64,000 nt of DNA from a virus. Numbering within the stretch: the first letter of the stretch is position 1; every line of letters begins with the position of its first letter. The stretch lies in IMG/VR virus record IMGVR_UViG_3300037336_000025, positions 96,001-160,000 of that record; one strand, 5' to 3'. Made by a program: the position numbers and the translations under genes. Of this stretch, positions 30,033 through 39,977 are shown piece after piece. The notes beneath the pieces were generated by a model that was not told the origin of the DNA, searched no databases, and was given only the letters and a program-made list of their open reading frames with translations.

Positions 30033-31297
30033 TATACATCCGCCTGTGGTCTAAGCGCCTTGCTAAGGCTTTGTTTCTCTTCAACAGTATGCCCGTCGAT
30101 GACTGCTGTATTTGTATTGTTAATAAATGTACCTTTCTGTGTTTGACGAACATCTTTACCTTCAAATGTATCGCCAACTCCAGTATCGCTAGCACCTAGA
30201 TTGTTCATAGTCATACGCTGTATATCTTCCATCTTAACCCATCTTGTTCCGTTGAACCTAAACAGTCTGTTAGGCATGTAATCTTTTCTTAGGCAATACT
30301 GTCCGTCTACGCCTGACAGTGGAAATGCAATGCCAGCAGTAAACGGCGCACCGTTTGAAGGAATGCCATCTCCTGTTAGGTAACCTTGGTAGCCATTGCC
30401 CTTGGCAGTTTGTAACATTGTGCTGGCTGTTGGCCCAACATATATTGGGTCGTTGTTGGCATCAAACAACAAGTTGCCATCAGCATCAGTGGCCTGGGTT
30501 TGCAAGCTAGCATCAATAGTTTCATTGTCAACAGTTACGAGATCAGCATTTCCGTTTTCATCCAGTTGAACAGTCCAGAATTTAGTAGTATCGTATCCGC
30601 TCTTAGGAGCATCTGCTTCTGCTTGGTTAAGAACTGCTTGGGTAATCTGCATTTCTTTTTCATACGTAGACATAATGTCACGTAAGGTAGTGGTAGTATC
30701 GTTACCATCTCCGTCAGCGAGACCGTTGAGAATGTCTTTAAATTCTTGACTGTCTACTAGTGGTTTACATTTAGCACGATATAGGTGCGGATACCAAGTT
30801 ACTGAATATCCTTCCGCTGCACGATTGACTTCCTCAACAACGTAAAAACGTTTTAGAGCAAACTGCAAATCGTTAAGTGCATACTCGTCTTTTAAGTGCG
30901 GTAGCTCAATTACATCGCCCGACATAATTTTACGTCCAAGTTTTTCGACAGTATCGTTAATATGAAACGTCATGAATACTGTGTCATTTTGTAGAAATAG
31001 ACCAAACTGACTTAGGTTAAAGTCAATGTCTTGAATATTATAAACACCTCGCAGCCTATATATATCCGGATCATACTTGCGATCTCTATTTTCTAAGAAT
31101 AGTAAATCTTGTATTTGTAAAGGATTGTCTGTGGTATATGCAGGAGTTGTCGGAGTAACTTCACTGCTAGAACCAGGTCCTATATACTTGTGAACAAGTA
31201 CATCGACTCCGCCGACTTGGAACATTTCCCAAACGGTTTTATCGATGAATTTAAAATCATTGCCCTTTTGGGCGCGGTAGAGGCTTAATCTTGGCAT
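30032..31297 (-). CDS. gp14: Neck protein (T4 gp14-like) with insertion
   Basis: MPRLSLYR...FQVGGVDVLVHKYIG...DLLFLENRDRKYD...LSQFGLFLQND...GDVIELP...FYVVEEV. Start at 31297, 4 nt after a minus-strand TAAATA. Confidence 0.65.
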   Translation of the reverse strand: MPRLSLYRAQKGNDFKFIDKTVWEMFQVGGVDVLVHKYIGPGSSSEVTPTTPAYTTDNPLQIQDLLFLENRDRKYDPDIYRLRGVYNIQDIDFNLSQFGLFLQNDTVFMTFHINDTVEKLGRKIMSGDVIELPHLKDEYALNDLQFALKRFYVVEEVNRAAEGYSVTWYPHLYRAKCKPLVDSQEFKDILNGLADGDGNDTTTTLRDIMSTYEKEMQITQAVLNQAEADAPKSGYDTTKFWTVQLDENGNADLVTVDNETIDASLQTQATDADGNLLFDANNDPIYVGPTASTMLQTAKGNGYQGYLTGDGIPSNGAPFTAGIAFPLSGVDGQYCLRKDYMPNRLFRFNGTRWVKMEDIQRMTMNNLGASDTGVGDTFEGKDVRQTQKGTFINNTNTAVIDGHTVEEKQSLSKALRPQADV

Positions 31298-31327
31298 ACT
31301 ATATTTACCGTAACGATAAATACTTGT
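31298..31327. promoter_or_regulatory. Back-to-back divergent late promoters
   Basis: Minus-strand TAAATA at 31302-31307 with ATG at 31297; plus-strand TAAATA at 31317-31322 with ATG at 31328. Confidence 0.75.
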
Positions 31328-32083
31328 ATGAGCCAAATAGATATTACCAAACAAAGCGTTTACGACTACTGTAAAGCCATGCTGGGTGACGGCATGATTG
31401 ATATAGAGCTAGATCCTATCCATTACGAAACTGCGCTAACACGCAGTTTAGCAGTATTTCGACAACGTGCAGATAATGCTGTTGAAGAAAGTTACATCTT
31501 TTTGAATCTTGAAGAAGATCAAAACGAGTATATTTTGCCAAAAGAAATACAGGTTGTCCGACAGATTTATCGTAGAACTATTGGTTCGCGCACAGGCGGA
31601 GGAAGCGGCGGTACCGTATTTGAACCGTTTAACTTAGCCTACACAAATACCTATTTGTTATCATCAACAAACATGGGTGGGCTAGCAACATACGAACTGT
31701 TTGCAGGCTATCAAGAAATGGTTGGTAAGATGTTTGGATCTTTTATTAACTTTAATTGGAATCCACAAAACCGTAAACTAACAATTCATCAACGTCCTCG
31801 CACTCAAGAGTCAGTTATGTTGTTGGTTTATAACGTTAAACCTGATCACGCAATTATCGAAGATACGTATGCAGGACAATGGATTAAAGATTACACCCTT
31901 GCTAATTGCAAAATGATGCTTGGTCAAGCCCGTGAAAAGTTTGCCAGCATTGCAGGTCCGCAGGGCGGCACAGCGCTTAACGGGGCAGCAATGAAAGCTG
32001 AAGGACAATCTGATATGGATAGACTAAGTGAAGACCTTAAGACTGGTATTACTACACAAGGTTGGGGATGGGTGATCGGATAA
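31328..32083 (+). CDS. gp13: Neck protein (T4 gp13-like)
   Basis: YCKAMLGDGMIDIEL...V.QI.R...WIKDYTLANCKMMLGQAREKFASIAGPQGGTALNG. Confidence 0.8.
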   Translation: MSQIDITKQSVYDYCKAMLGDGMIDIELDPIHYETALTRSLAVFRQRADNAVEESYIFLNLEEDQNEYILPKEIQVVRQIYRRTIGSRTGGGSGGTVFEPFNLAYTNTYLLSSTNMGGLATYELFAGYQEMVGKMFGSFINFNWNPQNRKLTIHQRPRTQESVMLLVYNVKPDHAIIEDTYAGQWIKDYTLANCKMMLGQAREKFASIAGPQGGTALNGAAMKAEGQSDMDRLSEDLKTGITTQGWGWVIG

Positions 32084-32421
32084 TGAAAGCTAATGAATTT
32101 ATTTTTGAAGATGACGAAGAGTTATATACTGAAACTGCTAAAATGGTTTGGGGTGTTGGCAAGCACACTGCTCGTGGCGGCACAACTAAATTAAAATTCC
32201 GTTGTTCATCAGGACCAAGGAAGAGCCGACAAGTTAGTCATCCATCAAAATGCCACCAGCCTATGGATATGGCACAGGCCCAGAAGATGAAAACTACTAG
32301 AGCACGTACTGCTCCTCAAGCAGCTAGAAGAACTCAAAGAACTAAATCTATCAATACTGCAAGTGTATTAGCTAATAGATTGAACACTAACAAACCAAAA
32401 CAACCAAAACCTTATAGATAG
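32083..32421 (+). CDS. Basic hypothetical protein
   Basis: TAATG-coupled to gp13; K/R-rich. Confidence 0.55.
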   Translation: MKANEFIFEDDEELYTETAKMVWGVGKHTARGGTTKLKFRCSSGPRKSRQVSHPSKCHQPMDMAQAQKMKTTRARTAPQAARRTQRTKSINTASVLANRLNTNKPKQPKPYR

Positions 32422-32422
32422 G

Positions 32423-32451
32423 TTGACCCTATATCATTATTATAGTATAAT
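32423..32451 (+). promoter_or_regulatory. Sigma70-type promoter
   Basis: TTGACC (32423-32428), 17 nt, TATAAT (32446-32451), then a GGAG Shine-Dalgarno. Confidence 0.75.
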
Positions 32452-32470
32452 TGTCGTATAGGAGATAGTT

Positions 32471-33124
32471 ATGATTATAGGTGTATGCGGGTTTATTGGC
32501 AGTGGTAAAGATACCGTTGCAGATTACTTACAAAACTTCCACGAATTTAGACGAGAGAGCTTTGCATCAACTCTTAAAGATGCAGTGGCAGCAGTATTTG
32601 GTTGGGACCGAACTATGCTAGAAGGTCGTACTAAGGAAGCTCGCGAATGGCGAGAACAAGTAGATCCGTGGTGGGCAACTCGCCTAGCAATGCCTACACT
32701 AACTCCTCGTTGGGTTCTCCAATATTGGGGTACAGAAGTATGCCGCAAAGCATTCCATGACGATATCTGGATCGCTAGCTTGGAAAACAAACTCCGTCTA
32801 AGTAAAGATAGTGTAGTAATTAGTGATTGTAGATTTCCTAATGAAATTCAAAGTATTCGAAATGCAGGTGGTAAGATTGTCTGGGTACAACGTGGAGAAT
32901 TACCTGATTGGTATCAAGTGGCTCTCGACGCAAACACAGGCCGCAATTATGCAATTCAAGAATTAAAGATGCGAAAAATTCATGCTAGTGAAACAGCATG
33001 GGTGGGCACAGACTTTGACGCTGTTCTAGACAACAATCATACTATTGACGCATTGTACAAGCAGGCCGCTTCAATAGTCAGCGATGAGGTCACCCTGCTT
33101 CCAGGCAATTCCTTCTTTGCCTAG
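32471..33124 (+). CDS. gp1: Deoxynucleoside monophosphate kinase (T4 gp1-like)
   Basis: IIGVCGFIGSGKDT P-loop; SFASTLKDAV; TPRWVLQYWGTEVCR; VISDCRFPNE; HASE. Confidence 0.9.
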   Translation: MIIGVCGFIGSGKDTVADYLQNFHEFRRESFASTLKDAVAAVFGWDRTMLEGRTKEAREWREQVDPWWATRLAMPTLTPRWVLQYWGTEVCRKAFHDDIWIASLENKLRLSKDSVVISDCRFPNEIQSIRNAGGKIVWVQRGELPDWYQVALDANTGRNYAIQELKMRKIHASETAWVGTDFDAVLDNNHTIDALYKQAASIVSDEVTLLPGNSFFA

Positions 33125-33406
33125 TACTTGAGCACAGTTACAGCAAACAGTTTTTAGATTGTTAGGACGGCAGTTGTTTAAATTACCGTCTACGTGAAAT
33201 ACTCTAAACACTTCTTTATGCGGTGATCGAAACCCGCACTTATCGCATTGCAACTTTATCTGATACCCTGCTCTAACCCAGCGGGGTATTCCATGACCAA
33301 TTCCGTTGGACATGCAGATTTCACAGAGACTTCGGTAGTATACTCTGTCATTTTTCTTGTAATTTACTGCTTTAGGGCGATATCCGCACTTGCAAAGTGG
33401 TCTCAT
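33071..33406 (-). CDS. Small zinc-binding HNH-like protein
   Basis: CKC..CEIC, CDKC, FHVDGNLNNCRPNNLKTVCCNC; TAAGTA 5 nt before the ATG. Confidence 0.7.
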   Translation of the reverse strand: MRPLCKCGYRPKAVNYKKNDRVYYRSLCEICMSNGIGHGIPRWVRAGYQIKLQCDKCGFRSPHKEVFRVFHVDGNLNNCRPNNLKTVCCNCAQVLGKEGIAWKQGDLIADY

Positions 33407-33512
33407 AAAAATACTTAGCCTTTTCTGCCCCTTTTTCAGGGGTTATAACGGACTATTTTTCCTGCATTCAGGTAAATACTTTGAGTAAACTATTACCAGG
33501 AGAATAGGGAAT

Positions 33513-36500
33513 ATGGCACTACAATCACCAGGCGTACAAGTTACAGTTATCGACGAGAGTTTTTACACACCAGCAGAGCCTGGTACTACTCCTCTTATCG
33601 TAGTAGCTACAGCGCAAGACAAAACGAACGGATCAGGGACAGCGGTTGCCTCATCCACAACAAAAGCAAATGCCGGCAAGGCATTTAAACTAACTAGCCA
33701 ACGCGATCTTACTGATCTGTTTGGAGTACCATTCTTTGAGAAGACTGCGTCTTCAAGTCCAGTACACGGCGGTGAAAGAAACGAATACGGTCTGCTAGCA
33801 GCTTACAGCTTGCTAGGAGTCAGCAACGCAGCATTTATTGTACGTGCTGATGTTGATCTATCAGAGTTAGAAGCCCAAGCAACTGCTCCGGGAGCGGCCC
33901 CGAATAACGGCAAATGGTGGGTTGATACGCAAGCGACTACTTGGGGCATCCAAGAGTGGAACAGTGCAGATGTTAGCACTACCGGTGGACAGAAGTTTGC
34001 AGCAAAAACTCCAATAGTACTAACAGACGACGACAGTTCTAAAATTGAATCAGGCGGTGTTCCAAAAGCATCTATTGGCTCTATCGGTGACTACTGTGTT
34101 GTGTTCCAAACAGTGCAAGGAAGCGGCGCAGGTAGCGAAGAAGCTAAAATTTATTTCAAGAGCGCTGGACTACCAGTCGCTGGTGTTGTTGCAGGTGCAT
34201 GGGCACTAGTTGGTTCTACAGAGTGGGCATTAAGCCACGCAACTGTAACTGGCTCTGGCTTTGGTACTCCTACAGCAGGCAACTTTACAATTAACGGAAC
34301 AACTATTACATTGACCGGTGGCGAAACTGTTGCAGCAACAGTTGCACTTATTAATGGATTAACTATTGTTGATGCTGAAGAAGCAAGAGGCGTATTTGCT
34401 AGAGCAGTTGGCGGCGAAATTTATCTTTATACTTCCGGTACTAACGATCAACCAGCTACTGTTGATTCTAGTCTGTCAACAACAATTACCATTGGTGCAG
34501 GCACTACTACACTATCCTTATTAGGTTTAGTTGCTGGCACATTTTATGCTCCAGGTCTACAGCAAACTCCACATACACAAGTTCCAACATGGAAGAGCAA
34601 CGATGCAACTGCACGCCCAACAGGTTCAGTATGGTTAAAGACAACTGAGCCAAACAATGGCGCACGTTGGAGAGTTAAGCAATGGAATTCAGCGACTGCT
34701 ACTTGGGTAGCAAGCGAAGCTCCTATCTATGCTACTACAAATGCAGCATTGTACTACTTAGACCGCAGCGGCGGCGGAATCAACATTAGTGCTAACGCAT
34801 TAATGGTTCAAACAAACAGCCAAGAAGGCTCGTTCAATGACATAGTGCCTGATAGTGTTACATTTAGAATGTGGAGACGGTCTGTTGCGGCCGGACAATA
34901 CACAACAATTGCTACTAGCATAACAGTAGGATCAGTTGCATCTACTGGTCCAAAGTCATTCACAATTGCAGAAAGTGTTAAGGGTGTTATTGCATTAGGT
35001 ACAGCAAAGACTATTTCATTCACTGCTACCAACGACATGGACGATGCTGAACTAATTGCTCAAGCAATTAACGCAGCAGGATTTGCAAACATTGAAGCAG
35101 AATCAGTAGCAGCAAGTACCGCGCCTACTAATGCAACTAACGTATTGAGCATTTACCACAAGTTAGGAGGCGACTTTAGAATTGTCGACACTGACAGTGT
35201 ATTTGGTAACTTGTTTGCCAGCGCACTAAATGTATATGCTGCGCCTGCAGGTTCAAGTGATGACTATGTTGTCTCAGCCTGGGCACCATTTACAACTACT
35301 GCCTTTAGTGCATCTGCTAGCGCTCCTCTAAACGAAGCAGATGATGGACAATTATGGTACAGCTCTAGTGTTGGCGATGTTGACATTATGATACATGATG
35401 GTACAACTTGGGTTGGTTACAGAAACGCTGCATCAGATTTTAATAGCGTAGATACAACACGTATTGGATACACTCCAGTGGTATCAGCAAGCAATCCTTG
35501 GATAGCCGGAACACTAACAGGCGACTTGTGGATTAGCACAGCCGACTTAGAAAATTATCCAACAATTTACCGTTACAATTCAGCAAGAACTGATATTGCC
35601 GACGGAAAGAATCGTTGGGAATTAGTTGACAAGACTGATCAACAAACTGAAGAAGGTATCTTGTTTGCCGATGCACGTTATGACTTGAACGGCGAAGAAA
35701 CTATTGCAGCTTCTATTAGCGATCTAGCTAACAGTAACTTCTTAGACTTTGATGCTCCAGATCCAGATCTATATCCAAGAGGCATGTTGCTGTGGAACTT
35801 GCGCAGAAGTGGCGGCAACGTTAAGCGTTACCAAAACAACTACGTGAATACAGCAAGTGATAATGTACGTTTTAACAACAACGAATCTATGGCAGACTAT
35901 GCAACTGATCGTTGGGTTACAGCTAGCCCAAATAATGAAGACGGTTCTGGATCATTCCTACGTCATGCACAACGTGGTGTTGTAGTTGCTGCGCTTAAGA
36001 GTGCAGTTGATACAAGCAGCGAGATCCGTGACGAAGAAAGACGTAACTTTAACATTATTTCTTGCCCAGGATATCCTGAGCTAATGAGCAATCTAGTTAA
36101 CTTGAATATCGATCGTGGAATTACAGCGTTTGTAGTTGGTGACACTCCACTACGTTTAGCTAGCGATGCTACAACATTAACTAACTGGGGTTCAAATGCC
36201 GAGCTAGTTACTGATAACGGCGATAAAGGGCTTGTTACTTACGACGAATACTTGGCTACGTTCTACCCAAGTGGATTTACCACAGACCTAAGCGGCGCCA
36301 ATGCAGTTGTTCCTAGCTCACACATGATGCTTAAGACTATTGCACTAAGCGACAACGTTTCTTACCCATGGTTTGCTCCAGCAGGTACAAGACGCGGTGG
36401 CATTACTAACGCTACAGCCGTTGGTTACATTGATGCAGCAAGCGGTGAATTCCAAACTGTTGCACTCAATGAAGGTCAACGTGATACGTTATATGACTTA

Positions 36501-36893
36501 AAAATTAACCCAATTACATTCTTTAATGGTGTTGGACTAGTTAACTATGGTCAGAAGACTCGTGCAAGAAACGCATCAGCATTAGATCGTATCAACGTAG
36601 CACGTTTAACAGTATACTTACGTAGTCAGTTAAACAAATTAGCTCGTCCGTTTATCTTTGAACCAAATGATAAGATTACTAGAGATGAAGTTAAACAAGC
36701 ATGTGAAAGTCTATTGTTAGAATTGGTAGGCCTACGTGCATTGTATGACTTTGCTGTAGTGTGTGACGAGTCAAATAACACAGCGGCAAGAATTGATCGC
36801 AACGAGCTTTGGGTAGATATCGCTATCGAACCCGTCAAGGCAGTTGAGTTCATTTACATTCCATTGCGTGTCAAGAACACAGGAGAGATTTAA
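33513..36893 (+). CDS. gp18: Tail sheath protein (gp18-like) with large insertion
   Basis: MALQSPGVQVTVIDES N-terminus; C-terminal PWFAPAG.RRG, INPITFF..G...YGQKT, SALDRINVARL, FEPND, ELWVDIAIEP.KAVEFIYI. Confidence 0.95.
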   Translation: MALQSPGVQVTVIDESFYTPAEPGTTPLIVVATAQDKTNGSGTAVASSTTKANAGKAFKLTSQRDLTDLFGVPFFEKTASSSPVHGGERNEYGLLAAYSLLGVSNAAFIVRADVDLSELEAQATAPGAAPNNGKWWVDTQATTWGIQEWNSADVSTTGGQKFAAKTPIVLTDDDSSKIESGGVPKASIGSIGDYCVVFQTVQGSGAGSEEAKIYFKSAGLPVAGVVAGAWALVGSTEWALSHATVTGSGFGTPTAGNFTINGTTITLTGGETVAATVALINGLTIVDAEEARGVFARAVGGEIYLYTSGTNDQPATVDSSLSTTITIGAGTTTLSLLGLVAGTFYAPGLQQTPHTQVPTWKSNDATARPTGSVWLKTTEPNNGARWRVKQWNSATATWVASEAPIYATTNAALYYLDRSGGGINISANALMVQTNSQEGSFNDIVPDSVTFRMWRRSVAAGQYTTIATSITVGSVASTGPKSFTIAESVKGVIALGTAKTISFTATNDMDDAELIAQAINAAGFANIEAESVAASTAPTNATNVLSIYHKLGGDFRIVDTDSVFGNLFASALNVYAAPAGSSDDYVVSAWAPFTTTAFSASASAPLNEADDGQLWYSSSVGDVDIMIHDGTTWVGYRNAASDFNSVDTTRIGYTPVVSASNPWIAGTLTGDLWISTADLENYPTIYRYNSARTDIADGKNRWELVDKTDQQTEEGILFADARYDLNGEETIAASISDLANSNFLDFDAPDPDLYPRGMLLWNLRRSGGNVKRYQNNYVNTASDNVRFNNNESMADYATDRWVTASPNNEDGSGSFLRHAQRGVVVAALKSAVDTSSEIRDEERRNFNIISCPGYPELMSNLVNLNIDRGITAFVVGDTPLRLASDATTLTNWGSNAELVTDNGDKGLVTYDEYLATFYPSGFTTDLSGANAVVPSSHMMLKTIALSDNVSYPWFAPAGTRRGGITNATAVGYIDAASGEFQTVALNEGQRDTLYDLKINPITFFNGVGLVNYGQKTRARNASALDRINVARLTVYLRSQLNKLARPFIFEPNDKITRDEVKQACESLLLELVGLRALYDFAVVCDESNNTAARIDRNELWVDIAIEPVKAVEFIYIPLRVKNTGEI

Positions 36894-36895
36894 AA

Positions 36896-37534
36896 ATGGC
36901 TATTACATCATTAAATAATTTTGGTATCCCGACAGGCGGCGCCGGTAGTACGCAAGTACTATTGATGCCAAAACTGAAGTATCGCTTTAGAGTGACTCTC
37001 CTAGGTTTTGGTGTTGCAGCAGCTACTGAGCTAACCAAGCAAGTACAAGACGTTACTCGTCCAAAGGTAAACTTTGAAGAGATTATGTTAGACGTTTACA
37101 ACAGCAAGGTTTACCTTGCTGGTAAGCCTAGCTTTGAAACATTATCATTAACATTACGTGATGATGCTAGTGGTGAAGTTCAAAAGTTAGTCGGTCAGCA
37201 AATTCAGAAACAGTTTGACTTTATGGAACAATCATCTGCACGTTCAGGTATTGACTATAAGTTCACAACTCGTGTTGAAGTACTAGACGGTGGTAACGGT
37301 AACTACGTATCAAACGTTCTAGAAACTATGAACATGTATGGTTGCATCTTAATGAATGCAGACTACGGCGATATGAATTACGCTACTAACGAAGCAGCTA
37401 CTGTGGCACTAACAATCCGCTTTGATAACATGGAACAATGGGGTGCAGGAGCATCCAGTGTTGGATCTGGTATTGGTGCAGCAGTTGGTCGTACACTTGG
37501 CGAGGCAGTTACTGGAGCAGGTACGCCAGTCTAA
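36896..37534 (+). CDS. gp19: Tail tube protein (gp19-like)
   Basis: Follows the sheath gene; PKLKYRFRV...VTRPKVNFEE...YLAGKP...LTLRDD tube fold. Confidence 0.85.
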   Translation: MAITSLNNFGIPTGGAGSTQVLLMPKLKYRFRVTLLGFGVAAATELTKQVQDVTRPKVNFEEIMLDVYNSKVYLAGKPSFETLSLTLRDDASGEVQKLVGQQIQKQFDFMEQSSARSGIDYKFTTRVEVLDGGNGNYVSNVLETMNMYGCILMNADYGDMNYATNEAATVALTIRFDNMEQWGAGASSVGSGIGAAVGRTLGEAVTGAGTPV

Positions 37535-37550
37535 TCTACGCAGTACTAGA

Positions 37551-37580
37551 AAAAGCTCGGACATATTCCGGGCTTTTTTT
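37551..37580 (+). terminator. Rho-independent terminator
   Basis: AGCTCGGA-catat-TCCGGGCT stem followed by a T run. Confidence 0.85.
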
Positions 37581-37597
37581 ACGGCATAAATATTATT

Positions 37598-38674
37598 ATG
37601 GCAAACTACTTTACTCGTTTTCTAAATGGCGTAGGCACAGGGTTAACTACTCCTAAGGGAATAGTTTCTAACTGGCAGCATGCCACGCGTCTGTTCATAG
37701 ACGATACTATGAGATTAGCTCCCCGTACAAAGTTTAATTACTATGTGCGATTTGAGATTGATCCAACTGCCCACGCAGCACAAGCATTTACAGCTAAACA
37801 TTCTCAAGAAGTTGGTATGCTGGTTAAAACTACAGAACTTCCTAAATTTAAATTTGATACTCTTACAAAAAATCAATATAATAGAAAAAAGATTGTTTAC
37901 AAAAACATCAACTACGAACCTATATCAATTACCATGCACGATGATGCAGCAGGTGTAACTAATGCATTATGGGCAATATACTACGGATACTATGTTGCTG
38001 ATAGACACTTGCCAACTTCTGCGTATAACGAAAATAAATTCAGGCCTACAAAGACACCACTAGATAATTTTAGATACGGTATGGATAATAATATTTCTGT
38101 TCCTTTCTTTAAAAGCATTAGCATATACACTATGGCACGCAGACGCTTTACCGGATACACGTTAATTAATCCAAAAATTACTAACTGGAATCACGGATCA
38201 TTAGATTATGCAGCAGGTAGTGAAGTACTAGAAAGTCAAATGACTTTAGAATATGAAGCGGTAAAGTATAGTGCGGGTAATGTAGGATATGATAGTCCAA
38301 AAGGATTTGCCACACTACACTATGATACTGTACCAAGTCCATTAAGTGTAGCAGGCGGCGGCGTAAGCAACTTAACAGGCGACGGTGGAGTCCTTGATGG
38401 ATTAGAAAGTATATTTGGCGATTTAGCTAATGGTAATACTTTTGACAGTTTTGGGGGATTCTTAGGAACTGCTATTAAAACAGTTAATACTTACAAAAAT
38501 TTTAATGGTCTTAGTAAAGCTGGTCTTAAGAGAGAAGCAATAAATGTTTTAAGCAACCCAGCAAATATTGCAACCGCAGTAAGCACCGTGGGCGGCCTTG
38601 TAGGAACAATATTTCCTAAAAGCTCCAGCAACACAGAAACAACTACTGCTTCACCAAAGAACCTAGCACCGTAA
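37598..38674 (+). CDS. Tube-fold baseplate/tube initiator (gp54/gp48-like)
   Basis: LPKFKFDT..KNQYNRK...YEPISITMHDD...LxYE tube-paralog pattern; TAAATA 5 nt before the ATG. Confidence 0.6.
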   Translation: MANYFTRFLNGVGTGLTTPKGIVSNWQHATRLFIDDTMRLAPRTKFNYYVRFEIDPTAHAAQAFTAKHSQEVGMLVKTTELPKFKFDTLTKNQYNRKKIVYKNINYEPISITMHDDAAGVTNALWAIYYGYYVADRHLPTSAYNENKFRPTKTPLDNFRYGMDNNISVPFFKSISIYTMARRRFTGYTLINPKITNWNHGSLDYAAGSEVLESQMTLEYEAVKYSAGNVGYDSPKGFATLHYDTVPSPLSVAGGGVSNLTGDGGVLDGLESIFGDLANGNTFDSFGGFLGTAIKTVNTYKNFNGLSKAGLKREAINVLSNPANIATAVSTVGGLVGTIFPKSSSNTETTTASPKNLAP

Positions 38675-38675
38675 T

Positions 38676-39044
38676 ATGGCAACTACTAATCTCCCCGCAC
38701 AAATTAAACAGGATAGTGCAGCAGGAACAAAACTATTCTTTGATAGTTATGGGCAAGCACCTTTAGAATTTAATGCTGATGATGTCAATGCAACTATTGC
38801 ATTCTTTAGATCAAAAGGATTCGAATTAGATGCAGCACAAACAGTATCAACTGTTTTATTAAAACAGGCAAAGTTAGACGGTACTCCTATATTTCAAATA
38901 TTAGACAGCTTAACTGGGTTTGATAATCTAGGGTTAAGTCAAGTAGTCGGAGAAGTTCTTAATAATAATAGAACTCCTAGTAGTACACTAGGATTTAGAA
39001 CTGCTGATGTAAAACCAACTCAAATTAGGAATATTGCAGCATAA
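38676..39044 (+). CDS. Hypothetical protein
   Basis: 122-aa ORF within the operon. Confidence 0.6.
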   Translation: MATTNLPAQIKQDSAAGTKLFFDSYGQAPLEFNADDVNATIAFFRSKGFELDAAQTVSTVLLKQAKLDGTPIFQILDSLTGFDNLGLSQVVGEVLNNNRTPSSTLGFRTADVKPTQIRNIAA

Positions 39045-39484
39045 TGGCAAAGTTTGCACAAGGTAGATATGAAGTAAAAAATCCCGAAAAGTATGTTGGG
39101 AAGAAAACTCCTATGTCTCGCAGCTCTTGGGAATTTATCTTTATGAAAATGCTAGACGAACATCCTAGCGTTGAGAAGTGGGCAAGCGAAAGCGTACAAA
39201 TACCGTATAGGGATCCGCTCACTGGCAAATATACCATTTATGTTCCTGATTTCTTTGTAGTGTACAACGATAAAAACGGCGCGAAACATGCAGAGCTAAT
39301 AGAAGTAAAGCCGTCTAGTCAAACATTTATAGATAAAGTAGGAAAGAGTCAATACAATCAGCAACAGTATGTTAAGAATGTAGCCAAATGGGAAGCTGCT
39401 ACTGCATGGTGCAAACAGCAAGGTATCAAATTTCGAATAGTAAATGAAGGCGATATTTTCCACCAAGGCAGTAAACGTAGATAA
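39044..39484 (+). CDS. gp4: Head completion nuclease (T4 gp4-like)
   Basis: GRYEVKNPEKYVG...RSSWE...WASE...IPY...YVPDF...LIEVKP...AKWEAA..WC...KFRIVNE. Confidence 0.88.
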   Translation: MAKFAQGRYEVKNPEKYVGKKTPMSRSSWEFIFMKMLDEHPSVEKWASESVQIPYRDPLTGKYTIYVPDFFVVYNDKNGAKHAELIEVKPSSQTFIDKVGKSQYNQQQYVKNVAKWEAATAWCKQQGIKFRIVNEGDIFHQGSKRR

Positions 39485-39492
39485 GTAATTAT

Positions 39493-39969
39493 ATGACCAA
39501 AAAGTTAGAAGAATTGTTCAACCTAGACTCAGCAGAGCCAGAAGCTAAGCCAGTTATTGAACCTCCTACCCATTCTCAAGTTAAAAGCATAACTGATAGT
39601 TACAACGCAGTAGCAGAGATCACTCGAACATTACCGCAGATTACAGAGTTGGACGACTTAGGCGACGACGAACTTGACGATCTAGCAGCAAAAGCAGAAA
39701 AAGCCTATGACGAACTAATGGATCTAGGTATGAACGTAGAAGTACGATATTCTAGCAGAATATTTGAAGTTGCTAGCAGTATGCTAGGACATGCTATCAC
39801 CGCAAAGACTAACAAAGTAGATAAAAAGCTCAAAGCTATTGATCTACAGTTAAAGAAACTAAAAATGGATAAAGATTCACCAGAAGACCCTAACGATGTG
39901 CTAAAAGGTTCAGGTTATATAATCACAGACCGTAATGCATTGCTCAAGAGTTTGGGTCAAAAGGACTAA
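39493..39969 (+). CDS. Putative terminase small subunit (gp16-like)
   Basis: Helical core AEKAYDELMDLG...RIFEVASSML...KxLxLQLKK, similar in layout to T4-like TerS; close to terL. Confidence 0.5.
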   Translation: MTKKLEELFNLDSAEPEAKPVIEPPTHSQVKSITDSYNAVAEITRTLPQITELDDLGDDELDDLAAKAEKAYDELMDLGMNVEVRYSSRIFEVASSMLGHAITAKTNKVDKKLKAIDLQLKKLKMDKDSPEDPNDVLKGSGYIITDRNALLKSLGQKD

Positions 39970-39977
39970 ATACTGAT

